This document shows, one piece after another, positions 52,969 through 63,443 of a stretch of 64,000 nucleotides of DNA (position 1 is its first letter; each line of letters opens with the position of its first letter). The DNA comes from Terriglobia bacterium (lineage in GTDB: Bacteria; Acidobacteriota; Terriglobia; Terriglobales; Acidobacteriaceae). Below the pieces are notes generated by a model, which was given only the letters and a program-made list of their open reading frames with translations, made no database searches and was not told the DNA's origin. The translations under genes and the position numbers were made by a program. The stretch covers positions 101,808 through 165,807 of the forward strand of contig JAIQGL010000006.1 in the NCBI GenBank assembly GCA_020072585.1, given 5' to 3'.

Positions 52969-53075
52969 TTTGCTCCGCCCTCCCTTGAAAGACTCACATC
53001 GCCTCTACCCTAACTTTTTCTTGCCACCCGTGCTAACCGTAACGCCGCCTTGCGGTCAAACGATTTGACCGTGCG

Positions 53076-53111
53076 ATATATGTTACTGAAATATATTGCA
53101 TAACAATATAT
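53076..53111. promoter_or_regulatory. AT-rich imperfect inverted repeat overlapping the PadR start, candidate autoregulatory operator
   Basis: ATATATGTTAC...ATAACAATATAT; the arms are complementary apart from a 1-nt indel. Confidence 0.3.
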
Positions 53112-53454
53112 GCCTAAGCCAACGCTTGATCGTGAACTCAAAAAAGGCAGCGCTGAACTCCTGATTCTTTCCCTGGTGCAGGACCGCCAGCGCCACGGAT
53201 ATGAGATCAGCAAGCTGATCGAATCCCGCTCTGAAGGCGCGTTGCGCTTTAACGTGGCTTCGCTCTACCCCATGCTCTACCGCCTGGAAAAACGCGGCTT
53301 GATCCAGGGACGCTGGGTAGATAAAGCCGGTCAGCGCCGCCGCCGCTATTACCGTATTACCGCTACGGGCAAAAAGATACTGCTCGCACAACGCTCTCAC
53401 TGGCAGGCCTTTGTGGCGGCCATCAACCAGATTGCGGGGATTGAAAATGCCTGA
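53110..53454 (+). CDS. PadR-family transcriptional regulator
   Basis: LILSLVQDRQRHGYEISKLIE...SLYPMLYRLEKRGLIQGRW. Confidence 0.85.
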   Translation: MPKPTLDRELKKGSAELLILSLVQDRQRHGYEISKLIESRSEGALRFNVASLYPMLYRLEKRGLIQGRWVDKAGQRRRRYYRITATGKKILLAQRSHWQAFVAAINQIAGIENA

Positions 53455-56227
53455 TTCCAAAGCTCCTGATTTTAAAACCGAGGTCCGGTTGCGCCTGGCT
53501 CGGCTGAATCTTGAACCCACAAGAGAGGCCGCCATTGTGGAAGAGATGGCCCAGCACCTGGAGCAGCGCTATGACGATCTCATCACCGCCGGCGCAACTC
53601 CCGCCGCAGCGCGGGAAGCGATGCTCAGGGAACTGAGCGAGGGCAGCCAACTGGAAAAAGATTTGCTTCGCGTGGAGCAACAGACGCCGCTTGAACCGGC
53701 CCTGCCAGACTCGCCCAGCCTCAGTGGAATACTCGCGCGCCTGAGCAGAGACTTTCGCTACGCTCTTCGTGTGCTGCGATTGAATCCGGGGTTTTCGACC
53801 ATCGCCATTCTCTCTCTCGCTCTGGGCATTGGCGCCAATACATCCATCTTCCAGTTGCTTGACGCGGTAACGTTGCGCAGCCTGCCGGTAAAAGATCCTG
53901 ATGAACTTATGCTGGTCCGGGTCCCTAACGCCAAAGGCCGTTCTGGAGTGTCGACCGGCAATGCTCCCATGTTTTCAAACCCAATCTGGGAGCAGATACG
54001 GGACAACCAGCAGGCATTTTCTGGAATGGCCACCTGGAATTCCAGTGGTTTCAACATGGCGAACGGAGGACGCGTCCGCGGCGCGCGCGGACTTTTTGTG
54101 AATGGGGACTTCTTCAATACCCTGGGGGTTCGTCCGCTGCTGGGCCGTGTATTCTCGTCCGCTGACGACCGCCGCGGCTGCGGGCTGCCGGGCGCCGTCA
54201 TCAGCTATGGGTTTTGGCAGAAAGAGTTTGGCGGCAAAGAAGCTGCCGTTGGCAGCAAACTTACAGTGGAAGGTCATCCCGTTGAAGTTATCGGTATAAC
54301 GCCGCCCGGTTTTTACGGGCTCGAAGTGGGGCGATCCTACGACGTAGCCGTTCCTCTGTGCAGTGAAGCCCTGGTGGATGGTGAATACTCCATCCTTGAC
54401 CGCCGGGACGGCTGGTGGCTGGCCACGATTGGCCGCCTTAAACCAGGCTGGTCCATCGCCAAAGCGACAGCACAGCTGGAAGCAATCTCTCCGGCAGTTT
54501 TTAGCGCAACGCTTCCCGCCAGTTATCAACCCAGGCAGGCAAAACAGTTCCTTGCGTGGAAGATGGCGGCTCAGCCCGCGGGAACCGGCCTCTCCAACCT
54601 GCGCAGAGCGTATGAAGACCCGCTCTGGATTTTGCTGGCGATCGCCGGAACGGTCCTGCTGATTGCTTGTGCCAATCTGGCAAACCTTATGTTCGCGCGC
54701 GCCAATGCCCGTGAACGCGAGATTGCGGTCCGCCTCGCCCTGGGCGCCTCACGCATGCGGCTCATGCAGCAATTACTGTTGGAAAGCCTGTTGCTCTCTG
54801 GTGTGGGCGCGATAGCGGGAATCCTGCTGGCGCAAGTGCTCACGCGCGTACTGGTCTCATTTCTGGGTACGCAGTTCGGCAGTGTGAGTCTGAATCTGGC
54901 ACTGGACTGGCGAGTGCTGGGCTTTACCGGCATGGTGGCAATCATGACTTGCCTGTTCTTTGGATTGATGCCGGCCATCAAATCGACCGCAACACCGCCG
55001 ATCGTCGCCATGAAGGCTGGTAGCCGCGGCCTCACGGCTGGACGGGAACGTTTTGGAATACGGCGCATTCTGGTTGTAGTGCAAGTGGCCATGTCGATGG
55101 TCTTGCTGGTTGGCGCGTTTCTTTTTGTCCGCAGCTTCCAGAACCTCGTCAATCTCGACGCAGGGCTTCGGCAAACCGGCATCCTCGTCTCTAACTTTGA
55201 TTTCACCCAAATCAATATTCCCTTGGCCGAACGCAACAACTTTAAACAGGGCCTGGCAGACCGTTTACAGGCTTTGCCGGGCGTTGAGTCCGCGGCTGCG
55301 GTGCAAGTGGTGCCGTTCAGCGGAAATGGCTGGAATGAAGATGTTCATTTTGACAACGCCGGACAGGATGTGCACGAGATTGTGAACTTCAATCGCGTGG
55401 GTCCCGGATTCTTCCGCACCATGGAAACCGCACTGGTCAGAGGACGCGATTTTGGCCCGGAAAACACGCTCAATTCACCCGCGGTAGCCATTGTCAATGA
55501 GTCGTTCGTGCGCAAGGTGCTCAAGGACGCGGAACCGCTGGGCAAGATTTTTCGTGTGGAGGAGGGCGCGGGAAAGCCTGGCACTCCGTACCAGATTATT
55601 GGCATGGTGAAAGACACCAAGTACTACGATATGCGTGAGGACTTTAGTCCCATCGCTTATCTAGCGCGGTCTCAGGACAAAAAACCGGATGGAGTTGCGT
55701 CTGTCGTGCTGCGCTCTGACCTCTCAGTGGAATCTTTGATCTCTTCCGTGGAACGTACCGTCGCGGAGGTCAATCCCGCAATTGGAATCCAGTTCAGCGT
55801 TTTCCAAAACCAGATTCGTGACACCATGCAGCGCGAACGCCTGATGGCTTCGCTCTCCGGTTTCTTTGGTCTGCTTGCAGGGCTGCTGTCAACAATAGGT
55901 TTGTACGGAGTGATTTCTTACATGGTGGCGCGCCGGCGCAATGAAATTGGCATACGCATGGCCCTGGGCGCAGACCGCGGGCGTGTTCTGGCGCTCATTA
56001 TGCGTGAAGCCGCCATTTTGCTGGCGATTGGGCTGGCCGTTGGCACGGCCCTCTCCCTTGTCTCCACGCGAGCTGCTGCCTCGCTGCTGTTCGGTCTGAA
56101 GCCGCGCGATCCTTTGACGCTGGCTTTGGCCGCCTTGGCGCTGGCGATGGTTGCGGCCGGAGCAAGTTACTTGCCGGCTTTTCGTGCTGCCCGCATCCAT
56201 CCAACCGAGGCCCTGCGCGAAGAGTAG
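53447..56227 (+). CDS. ADOP-type duplicated FtsX/MacB-like ABC transporter permease
   Basis: The start overlaps the end of PadR. An N-terminal cytoplasmic helix is followed by two MacB-periplasmic-core plus FtsX four-helix modules. No ATPase gene is adjacent. Confidence 0.85.
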   Translation: MPDSKAPDFKTEVRLRLARLNLEPTREAAIVEEMAQHLEQRYDDLITAGATPAAAREAMLRELSEGSQLEKDLLRVEQQTPLEPALPDSPSLSGILARLSRDFRYALRVLRLNPGFSTIAILSLALGIGANTSIFQLLDAVTLRSLPVKDPDELMLVRVPNAKGRSGVSTGNAPMFSNPIWEQIRDNQQAFSGMATWNSSGFNMANGGRVRGARGLFVNGDFFNTLGVRPLLGRVFSSADDRRGCGLPGAVISYGFWQKEFGGKEAAVGSKLTVEGHPVEVIGITPPGFYGLEVGRSYDVAVPLCSEALVDGEYSILDRRDGWWLATIGRLKPGWSIAKATAQLEAISPAVFSATLPASYQPRQAKQFLAWKMAAQPAGTGLSNLRRAYEDPLWILLAIAGTVLLIACANLANLMFARANAREREIAVRLALGASRMRLMQQLLLESLLLSGVGAIAGILLAQVLTRVLVSFLGTQFGSVSLNLALDWRVLGFTGMVAIMTCLFFGLMPAIKSTATPPIVAMKAGSRGLTAGRERFGIRRILVVVQVAMSMVLLVGAFLFVRSFQNLVNLDAGLRQTGILVSNFDFTQINIPLAERNNFKQGLADRLQALPGVESAAAVQVVPFSGNGWNEDVHFDNAGQDVHEIVNFNRVGPGFFRTMETALVRGRDFGPENTLNSPAVAIVNESFVRKVLKDAEPLGKIFRVEEGAGKPGTPYQIIGMVKDTKYYDMREDFSPIAYLARSQDKKPDGVASVVLRSDLSVESLISSVERTVAEVNPAIGIQFSVFQNQIRDTMQRERLMASLSGFFGLLAGLLSTIGLYGVISYMVARRRNEIGIRMALGADRGRVLALIMREAAILLAIGLAVGTALSLVSTRAAASLLFGLKPRDPLTLALAALALAMVAAGASYLPAFRAARIHPTEALREE

Positions 56228-56299
56228 GCGTCAATTGCCAAACACGGAGCCAGAAGTCCAGCTCCAGCGTACGTATCACTTATGCTGCTTATATGCTGC

Positions 56300-56629
56300 T
56301 TACCAGCGGGGCTCGCGAGGCTGCCGGGCATGGCCGGAATAATCATCCCGTCCGCCACCGCCGCCACGTGATCCACCGCGATCCACTTTGGGCCGTGCTT
56401 CGTTCACAGTGAGTGCACGTCCGCCGGAGTCTTTGCCGTTCAGGGCGGCAATGGCTTTTTCTGCTTCTTCGTTGCTCGGCATTTCCACAAAACCAAAACC
56501 ACGGGAACGCCCTGTGGCCCGGTCGGTTACAACCGTGGCGCTATCAACCGCTCCGAATGGTTCAAACATAGCCCGCAGCTCTCCTTCAGAAAGGCTGAAG
56601 GAAAAATTGCCTACAAAGATCTTCTTCAT
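56300..56629 (-). CDS. RRM-type RNA-binding protein with Gly/Arg tail
   Basis: RNP2 IFVGNF and RNP1 RGFGFVEM. The start is set at ATG 56629. Confidence 0.85.
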   Translation of the reverse strand: MKKIFVGNFSFSLSEGELRAMFEPFGAVDSATVVTDRATGRSRGFGFVEMPSNEEAEKAIAALNGKDSGGRALTVNEARPKVDRGGSRGGGGGRDDYSGHARQPREPRW

Positions 56630-57044
56630 GGTGGTCCTTTTTGCGTGTTTCAGGATTGGCGTTCTCAGCAGAAATAGGCAGGCGACAAAGGAGGCGACGT
56701 GTCTATCAGAGTCGAGGACGGAGGAATCATAGCAGGTCAAGATGCCGTTCTCCATAGGAAAGCCGGGAGGCCGTCCCTCCGGCGCGGGGGGTACCGGGCG
56801 ATGGACGAGCGCGTTTCTCCGGACTTGTTGCCGCAAAGTCCACACCCACATACCCTTCCCGGTCAGTCACTATCACAGCCGGCATGTGTGAAAACTTGCT
56901 AAAATGCTTCCAGGCCGTGATGCTTTTGAATCGATTCACGCTCCTGAAGTAGAAGTGATAGCGAACCTCATCAAGTAATTTCCTTCCTCTTCACCTGCCG
57001 GATTGCTGGATTGCGCACGGTCTAAGAAAGGAAGTACTTGTACC

Positions 57045-58472
57045 ATGCCGAAAAATCCGAGTGAGAGAGACAACCCTAAGATAAAACCAATTGACAAGGG
57101 TGGCTCCGCGGTCTTCGGAGTCCAAACTCCACCCACAGAATTCAAGGGAGGGACAACTGGCAGATTCCTCGTATTGATGCGAGAAGGTGCCACGGATGAG
57201 GGCATAGCAATGGTGCAAAAAAGCACCAAAAGAACACTCACCAGTTCCACAAAAGCGCTGACCCTAATGGGTGCTGAAGCGGAAACGAAACCAGAAGGCA
57301 TTTTCTTTGAAGAGCTGGGTGTAGCGGTGGTGGAGTCATTGCCTGAGGAAATCCACGGCTTGAGTGCGGAAGCCGGGACTGAGGCCAGCCCGATTTTGCT
57401 GGTCGAGCCTGAGCGGTTTGTCTATGCTCTGGCTGCCCCGGTGCTCGCACCTCCTCCGATCGAAGAAGGGATGCAGGAGCTGGCGGCGCCCCAGCCAGCC
57501 ACGCCATTTGAATACCTGCAAGGCTACCGCGATGCTGTTGACCACCTTGTTGCCCAGGTGATTGACCGCAACGCAGTGGCGGAAGCAGCCTTGGGCGTAC
57601 CCACAATCGGGGTATGGAACCAGACGCAATTCACCTGGGGGTTGCAGGCCACGCGCGTGCATCTCTCCAGCTACAGCGGACGCGGTGTTCGGGTGGCGGT
57701 GCTGGATACCGGCATGGACTTGGGTCATCCGGATTTTGCCGGGCGGAAAATCACCAGCCAGTCCTTCGTTGCCGGACAGCCCGTGCAAGATGGGCATGGG
57801 CATGGAACGCACTGCATTGGGACCTCTTGCGGTACGCGCCAGCCCGGGCAGGCTCCTCGTTACGGGATTGCCTTCAATGCTGACATTTACGTCGGCAAGG
57901 TGCTCAGCAACCAGGGGCAAGGCACGGACGGGCAAATCCTGGCTGGGATCGATTGGGCCATCAAGAATAAAGTTGCTGTCATCTCCATGTCACTGGGAGC
58001 TCCGACGACCGCAGGACAGCCCTTCAGCCAGGTGTTTGAGCAAGTGGCGCGCCGGTCTCTTGCTGCCGGCACGCTGATCATAGCCGCCGCGGGCAATGAC
58101 AGCCATCGTCCGCAACAGCTCAATCCTGTCAGCCATCCTGCCAACTGCCCATCCATTATGGCGGTAGCGGCCCTCGACCAACGTCTGCTTGTGGCGTCCT
58201 TCTCCAACGCCGGCCTGAATCCCAACGGGGGACAGGTCGACATTGCCGGGCCGGGCGTCGCGGTACGTTCCAGTTGGCCGCGACCAACGCTGTACAACAC
58301 CATCAGCGGCACCAGTATGGCCACCCCGCACGTTGCCGGGATCGCCGCGCTGCTGGCGGAGGCTCGTCCCAACACCCGTGGACTGGCACTGTGGGCCCTG
58401 GTGACTCAACACGCCAGGCATCTTTCTATCCCCAGTCGCGACGTGGGTACGGGTTTGACCCAGGCTCCATAG
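57045..58472 (+). CDS. Subtilisin-family (S8) serine peptidase with N-terminal I9-like prodomain; no obvious signal peptide
   Basis: Catalytic triad motifs VAVLDTGMD, HGHGTHC and SGTSMATPHVAG. Confidence 0.85.
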   Translation: MPKNPSERDNPKIKPIDKGGSAVFGVQTPPTEFKGGTTGRFLVLMREGATDEGIAMVQKSTKRTLTSSTKALTLMGAEAETKPEGIFFEELGVAVVESLPEEIHGLSAEAGTEASPILLVEPERFVYALAAPVLAPPPIEEGMQELAAPQPATPFEYLQGYRDAVDHLVAQVIDRNAVAEAALGVPTIGVWNQTQFTWGLQATRVHLSSYSGRGVRVAVLDTGMDLGHPDFAGRKITSQSFVAGQPVQDGHGHGTHCIGTSCGTRQPGQAPRYGIAFNADIYVGKVLSNQGQGTDGQILAGIDWAIKNKVAVISMSLGAPTTAGQPFSQVFEQVARRSLAAGTLIIAAAGNDSHRPQQLNPVSHPANCPSIMAVAALDQRLLVASFSNAGLNPNGGQVDIAGPGVAVRSSWPRPTLYNTISGTSMATPHVAGIAALLAEARPNTRGLALWALVTQHARHLSIPSRDVGTGLTQAP

Positions 58473-58554
58473 TCCAATCTTGGGCAGTATGCTGACGAAT
58501 CCCGCGTGGAGTGCTGCTGGCACTCCACGTGGGAGCAAATGAAGGGAATGTATT

Positions 58555-58794
58555 ATGGGTAAAGTAAATTTGACCGTTTCAATCGCAGACCAGGAGCTCC
58601 CGCACTTCAGGGACCTGGTGGCCCGCATCAAGGGGCTGGGGCTTGAAGTCGATCAGGAACTTGAGTCGGTTGGCGTTGTAACCGGCGCCATAGATCAGGA
58701 AAAGATTCAAGCAGTGAAAAAACTTAAGGGCGTTGCCCACGTGGAGGAATCGCGCAAATTTCAAATTCCTCCGCCCGAGTCGGAGGTCCAGTAA
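58555..58794 (+). CDS. Small conserved-looking protein (79 aa) following the S8 peptidase
   Basis: Open frame with a beta-alpha-beta-like pattern (VNLTVSIAD...VGVVTGAIDQEKIQAVKKLKGVAHVEESRKFQIPPP). I recall similar small genes next to S8 peptidases in other phyla. Confidence 0.5.
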   Translation: MGKVNLTVSIADQELPHFRDLVARIKGLGLEVDQELESVGVVTGAIDQEKIQAVKKLKGVAHVEESRKFQIPPPESEVQ

Positions 58795-58893
58795 GGCCCA
58801 AAAACACACACCGGAGACCCGATCCGGCCAGGGATCAGCAGCACTGCTTCACTGCAAATAAGCAAAGCCAAGCAGCCGTATATTTGCGAAGGG

Positions 58894-61032
58894 CTAGTGG
58901 TTGATGCCCAGCTGCATCAGCATAAAGGCATAGTCAAAGGCGATTTCCTTGTAGCGATCATAACGGCCTGACGCGCCTCCATGCCCTGCGGCCATATTGG
59001 TCTTGAGCAGCAGGACATTTTTATCTGTTTTGAGCGTGCGCAGTTTGGCCACGTATTTGGCCGGCTCCCAATACATCACCTGGCTATCATTGAAGGATGT
59101 CTTGACCAGGAGAGCAGGATACGCACCTTTTTTCAGATTGTCATAAGGCGAATACTTGAGCATGTAGTCGTAGGCCGCCTTCTCATTGGGATTGCCCCAC
59201 TCTTCGTATTCCGGTACGGTCAGCGGCAATGACGCGTCCAGCATTGTGTTCATCACGTCGACAAAAGGCACGTGTGAAATCACAACTTTGAACAGGTCCG
59301 GACGCAGGTTCGTTACCGCGCCCATCAGCAGACCGCCGGCCGATCCGCCTTCAATCACGATCTTATCGCGCGAGCCGTATTTGTTTGCCACCAGGTATTC
59401 CGTGCAAGCGATAAAGTCAGTGAAGGTGTTCATCTTGTTCATCATCCGGCCGGCATCGTGCCAGGGTTTACCCATGTCGCCACCACCCCGGATATGGGCG
59501 AATGCCATGACCATGCCGCGGTCCAGCAGAGAGAGGCGGCTGGAACCAAACGTCGCGGAGAGAATGTTTCCGTAGGACCCGTAAGCGTAAACGTAAAGCG
59601 GGTTGGAGCCGTCCGCTTTCTTGAGGTCCTTGCGATAAATGAGAGAGATGGGCACCTTCACGCCGTCTGTTGCCGTGGCCCACACACGCTCAGATTGATA
59701 CTTTGAAGGGTCATATCCGCCCGGAACTTCAGTCTGCTTCAGCAGTGTGGAGGTATGTTTCTCCACGTCATAGTCAAAGACTGAAGCCGGCGTGACCAGT
59801 GACTGGTAGGCGTAGCGCAGCTTGTTCGTCTTGTACTCACGATTGGTGGAGACAAAGACCGTGTAAACCGGCTCTGAGTAAGTAATGCGCTTCTTCTCGC
59901 CGTTCGCGAAATTGACAATCGTCAGCTCCGGCAATCCATTCTCGCGCTCCACCAAAACATAGAAATCCGCGAAAACCTCAATGTCATTCAACATTACGTC
60001 CGGGCGAACAGGCACAACCTCTTTCCAGTTTTCCTTCCCAGGCGCGCTCACCGGCGCTGACACCATGCGGAAGGTGCGGCCCTTGTCATTGGTGCGAATA
60101 AAGAACTGGTCTCCGTGATGATCGGGATAGTACTCCACGCCCTGCTCACGAGGTGCAATCAGCTTCCACTCGCTGCCGGGGCTGTCGGCATCCAGCAGAC
60201 GCGCCTCAGACGTGGTGTGACTGCTGATCTGGAGAAAAATGTATTTCCCGCTGCGGGATTTCGCCGCGCCCACGTTAAAGCGCTCATCCTTTTCCTCGTA
60301 GATCAGATCATCTTTGCCCGTTCCGGCGCCAATCGTGTGCCGGTACAGCCGATACTGCCGCTTGGTCTTGTCGTCTTCCACGGTATAGAAGAGCGTCTTG
60401 TTGTCATTGGCCCAGGCCACGGAGCCCACTTTATCGGCAATGACGTCTGAATCTTTTCCGGTCCGCAAATCGCGGACACGGAGCTTGTACTGGCGGAACC
60501 CGGTGTTGTCCGTGGTGTAAGCCAGCAGATTACCGTCATCGCTCGGATCGTATGCCCCCAGCGACATGAAAGGCTGGCCTTTGGCCAGTTCATTGACGTC
60601 AATGGTGATCTCTTCCGCGGCTTCCAGGCTTGCCTTTTTACGCGCATTGATCGGATACTGCTGACCCTTTTCCCAGCGCGAATAATAAAAGTAGCCACCG
60701 TCTTTGTAAGGGACATTCACATCGGTCTCTTTGATGTGGCTCACCATCTCTTCATAGAGTTTCTGCTGGAGCGTGGCGGTAGGTTTCATCACGCCGTCGG
60801 CGTAAGCATTCTCCGCCTGTAGATACTGGGCAACCTCCGGATTCGACTTGTTGCGCAGCCAATGATAGTCATCCACCAGCTTGCCACCGTTGATGTGGTT
60901 CTCCGTGTGGTCGGTCTTTGCCACCGGAGGCGGCGAAGGCGGAGCGGCTGTGGTCGCGCCGTTGGCGGATTTATCTTCAGCGTTCAGGAATGTGCTCATG
61001 AGGAAACAAAAGACAACCAGTGATTTTTTCAT
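58894..61032 (-). CDS. ptrB: Oligopeptidase B / prolyl oligopeptidase family S9A, secreted
   Basis: DDYHWLRNKSNPEVAQYLQAENAYA N-terminal signature. Nucleophile elbow GGSAGGLLMG. Signal peptide from ATG 61032. Confidence 0.85.
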   Translation of the reverse strand: MKKSLVVFCFLMSTFLNAEDKSANGATTAAPPSPPPVAKTDHTENHINGGKLVDDYHWLRNKSNPEVAQYLQAENAYADGVMKPTATLQQKLYEEMVSHIKETDVNVPYKDGGYFYYSRWEKGQQYPINARKKASLEAAEEITIDVNELAKGQPFMSLGAYDPSDDGNLLAYTTDNTGFRQYKLRVRDLRTGKDSDVIADKVGSVAWANDNKTLFYTVEDDKTKRQYRLYRHTIGAGTGKDDLIYEEKDERFNVGAAKSRSGKYIFLQISSHTTSEARLLDADSPGSEWKLIAPREQGVEYYPDHHGDQFFIRTNDKGRTFRMVSAPVSAPGKENWKEVVPVRPDVMLNDIEVFADFYVLVERENGLPELTIVNFANGEKKRITYSEPVYTVFVSTNREYKTNKLRYAYQSLVTPASVFDYDVEKHTSTLLKQTEVPGGYDPSKYQSERVWATATDGVKVPISLIYRKDLKKADGSNPLYVYAYGSYGNILSATFGSSRLSLLDRGMVMAFAHIRGGGDMGKPWHDAGRMMNKMNTFTDFIACTEYLVANKYGSRDKIVIEGGSAGGLLMGAVTNLRPDLFKVVISHVPFVDVMNTMLDASLPLTVPEYEEWGNPNEKAAYDYMLKYSPYDNLKKGAYPALLVKTSFNDSQVMYWEPAKYVAKLRTLKTDKNVLLLKTNMAAGHGGASGRYDRYKEIAFDYAFMLMQLGINH

Positions 61033-61134
61033 AAATCCGCCTTTTGCGTGGAACCGCACCGGGTCGGGTCGAATTATATCAAGGCGGAAGAGGGAAAAAT
61101 CCCGGGTGTATCTGTGCCCGCAGACGAAGAAAAC

Positions 61135-62166
61135 TTACTTCTTCATCGCCGTCTGGGGAGCAGCCTGGGGTTGCGATTCCATCGGGCTGGCGGCGTTTTG
61201 CATCCGGTTTGATTCAACCCCGGAAGGGCTCAGGATCACCATCTTGGATCGGCCTTCCCGTCCACCGGGCAGGAAAAGCATTTTGTGCGCCGGATCATAG
61301 GCGATGCTGTAACCCTTCACGTCCGTAGGCAGTTCGTGGTCTACGGTATTGTGGTTGAGATCAATCGCCAGCACCGAACCATCGCCCGCCGCGGCATAGA
61401 GTAGATTGCTGTCCGGATCCAGCACCAGCGCATCCGTTCCACCCGGCGCCGGAATGCGGGAGAGTTCAGCGCCCGTATCGGCGTTCAAGGCAAGCACGGC
61501 ATAACGGACCGCCACATACAAACGGCGTCGCTGTTCATCCAGCGCCAGGCCGGTTGGCTCAGAGGCCACAACTTTGTACCGGCCAATAATTCTATTGTTG
61601 TGATCGATCGCCGCAATCTGTCCCACATCCTGCAAACTTACCAATACGGCCTGGCGCGAAGGGTCATACAACATGTCCTGCGGCAAGGCATTCAGCTCCA
61701 GCACCGCGGATTCCACGCCCAGACGAAGATCAATGGTGCTTAGGCTGCGCTCAATCACGCTGGTGGCATAGAGCGTCTTGGTCTGCGGGACCCACAAGAG
61801 CTTTTCCGGCCGATGCTGCACCGGGACTGTCTTTTCCACTTTCCAATTTCTCGTGTCAATCACGGCTATGCTGCTGTTGCCGGCCAAGGCAACGTACATG
61901 GTGCCGGATTCGTTGTCCACGGCAATACCGCGGGGATCGCTGATCTGCGAAATGCGCGCAATCACGCGCCGCTTTACCGGGCTGAAAATTTCAATCGTGT
62001 TGGTCCCCGGACGGGTAATCACAACCTGACCGTTCGCCATGGTTACCTGGCTGAAGCCGGGGCTTCCCGGCAGATCAATCAGCGCCACCTGGCGCAACTT
62101 GGCCGCCAGCCCAAACATGGAACAGCTCAACAACGTTATTAGAAGACCAAACTTGAGTTTACGCAT
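61135..62166 (-). CDS. Secreted YVTN-type beta-propeller repeat protein
   Basis: Signal peptide from ATG 62166. Repeated LYV(A)..G..SI.VID-type blades. Confidence 0.6.
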   Translation of the reverse strand: MRKLKFGLLITLLSCSMFGLAAKLRQVALIDLPGSPGFSQVTMANGQVVITRPGTNTIEIFSPVKRRVIARISQISDPRGIAVDNESGTMYVALAGNSSIAVIDTRNWKVEKTVPVQHRPEKLLWVPQTKTLYATSVIERSLSTIDLRLGVESAVLELNALPQDMLYDPSRQAVLVSLQDVGQIAAIDHNNRIIGRYKVVASEPTGLALDEQRRRLYVAVRYAVLALNADTGAELSRIPAPGGTDALVLDPDSNLLYAAAGDGSVLAIDLNHNTVDHELPTDVKGYSIAYDPAHKMLFLPGGREGRSKMVILSPSGVESNRMQNAASPMESQPQAAPQTAMKK

Positions 62167-62372
62167 AAGGACAGGGACCCGACCATCAAGGTATTGGGAT
62201 GCAAGTAGCTGGTCTTCTGCTGCCTGGATAAGCAATTAGCTGCTAGCAATTGGCACTTAGCCAAAAACGAGTCCTTATTCGCTTCCTGCTTAGGATTTGG
62301 CCCCATTGCTAAAATTGCCATTTGCTAATTGCCCCTAGACTTGCAAATATCCTAAAAAAATATCTCTTGTGC

Positions 62373-62385
62373 CTGACGTTACGTC
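62373..62385. promoter_or_regulatory. Palindrome TGACGT-T-ACGTCA upstream of the MerR gene, candidate MerR operator
   Basis: Perfect 13-bp dyad 11 nt upstream of ATG 62396. Confidence 0.35.
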
Positions 62386-62395
62386 ATACCTCACG

Positions 62396-63169
62396 ATGCA
62401 AGAGAGAGGAAATCCGGTGTACCGAGTCAGCGAATTTGCGGAAAAAGCGGGTGTTACGGTGCGAACGCTGCACCATTATGACCGGCTGGGGCTGCTTAAG
62501 CCCAGTGGCCGCACCATCGCGGGATATCGCCTGTATGGCGACCGCGATTTCGCGCGACTGCAACAGATCGTTACGCTCAAGTTCATCGGCTTGCCTCTCA
62601 AGCAAATCAAGGACCTGCTGGACCGGGGCGACCTGGACCTGACGTCGACTCTCCGCATGCAGAGACGGCTTCTTCTGGATAAGCGCTTGCAAGTTGAAGC
62701 CGCCATCCGGGCCATTGAAGAAGCGGAACGTTCACTCTCGTCCGGCGCCGCACCTGATCTGGCAGCCTTGAAAAAAATCATCGAGGTAATGGAAAGGCAG
62801 AACAGTATGGAATGGGCAAAAAAATATTACAGCGAAGAAGCACAAGCCAAAATTGCCGGGCGCGCCCGCACGTGGACGCCCGAGTTGCAAGCGAAAGTGG
62901 AACAGGACTGGAAGACCTTGCTTGGCGAAGTGGAGGCAGCAATCGCCGGCAAAGTTGACCCGGCCAGCCCAGAGGCGCGGGCCCTGGCGCAACGCTGGTC
63001 AGAACTGGTTCGAGGCTTCACCGGCGGCGATGCCAGTATCCAGCAGGGCCTGAACAAGCTTTACGCCGACGAAGGCAACTGGCCCTCAACCTTCAACAAA
63101 CCCTTCAGCGATGAAACGTGGCAGTACATCAAGAAGGCCATGGCCGCGCACAAAACCTCTTGCGCATAG
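62396..63169 (+). CDS. MerR-family regulator with TipAS-like C-terminal sensor domain
   Basis: YRVSEFAEKAGVTVRTLHHYDRLGLLKP HTH followed by a coiled coil. The C-terminal helical domain has the W/Y pattern of TipAS. Confidence 0.8.
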   Translation: MQERGNPVYRVSEFAEKAGVTVRTLHHYDRLGLLKPSGRTIAGYRLYGDRDFARLQQIVTLKFIGLPLKQIKDLLDRGDLDLTSTLRMQRRLLLDKRLQVEAAIRAIEEAERSLSSGAAPDLAALKKIIEVMERQNSMEWAKKYYSEEAQAKIAGRARTWTPELQAKVEQDWKTLLGEVEAAIAGKVDPASPEARALAQRWSELVRGFTGGDASIQQGLNKLYADEGNWPSTFNKPFSDETWQYIKKAMAAHKTSCA

Positions 63170-63199
63170 GCCCCGTCTGCTCTGGGCGGCGCCTTCCAT

Positions 63200-63406
63200 T
63201 CAGGTTGAAGGTGGCCGCCCGGCAAGCAGCGAGTGGAGCGCGGCAGCATTCGGAGCAGGCATCTTCTTTCTGCCTTTGGAAAAGGAGGATATCTGCCGCT
63301 CCAATCTTCTGCCGTCACATTTCGGACAAGCTGGCCGTTGCGCGCCTTGCACAACTCGTTCAAAGCGATGCCTGCATTCTCTACAGACAAACTCAAAAAT
63401 CGGCAA
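63200..63406 (-). CDS. FmdB-family zinc-ribbon protein
   Basis: MPIFEFVCRECRHRFE...CPKCDG; the N-terminal signature and two CxxC pairs are present. Confidence 0.75.
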   Translation of the reverse strand: MPIFEFVCRECRHRFERVVQGAQRPACPKCDGRRLERQISSFSKGRKKMPAPNAAALHSLLAGRPPST

Positions 63407-63443
63407 AACACCCTCCCTCGTGGCAATTCGAGATCATGGCCGC

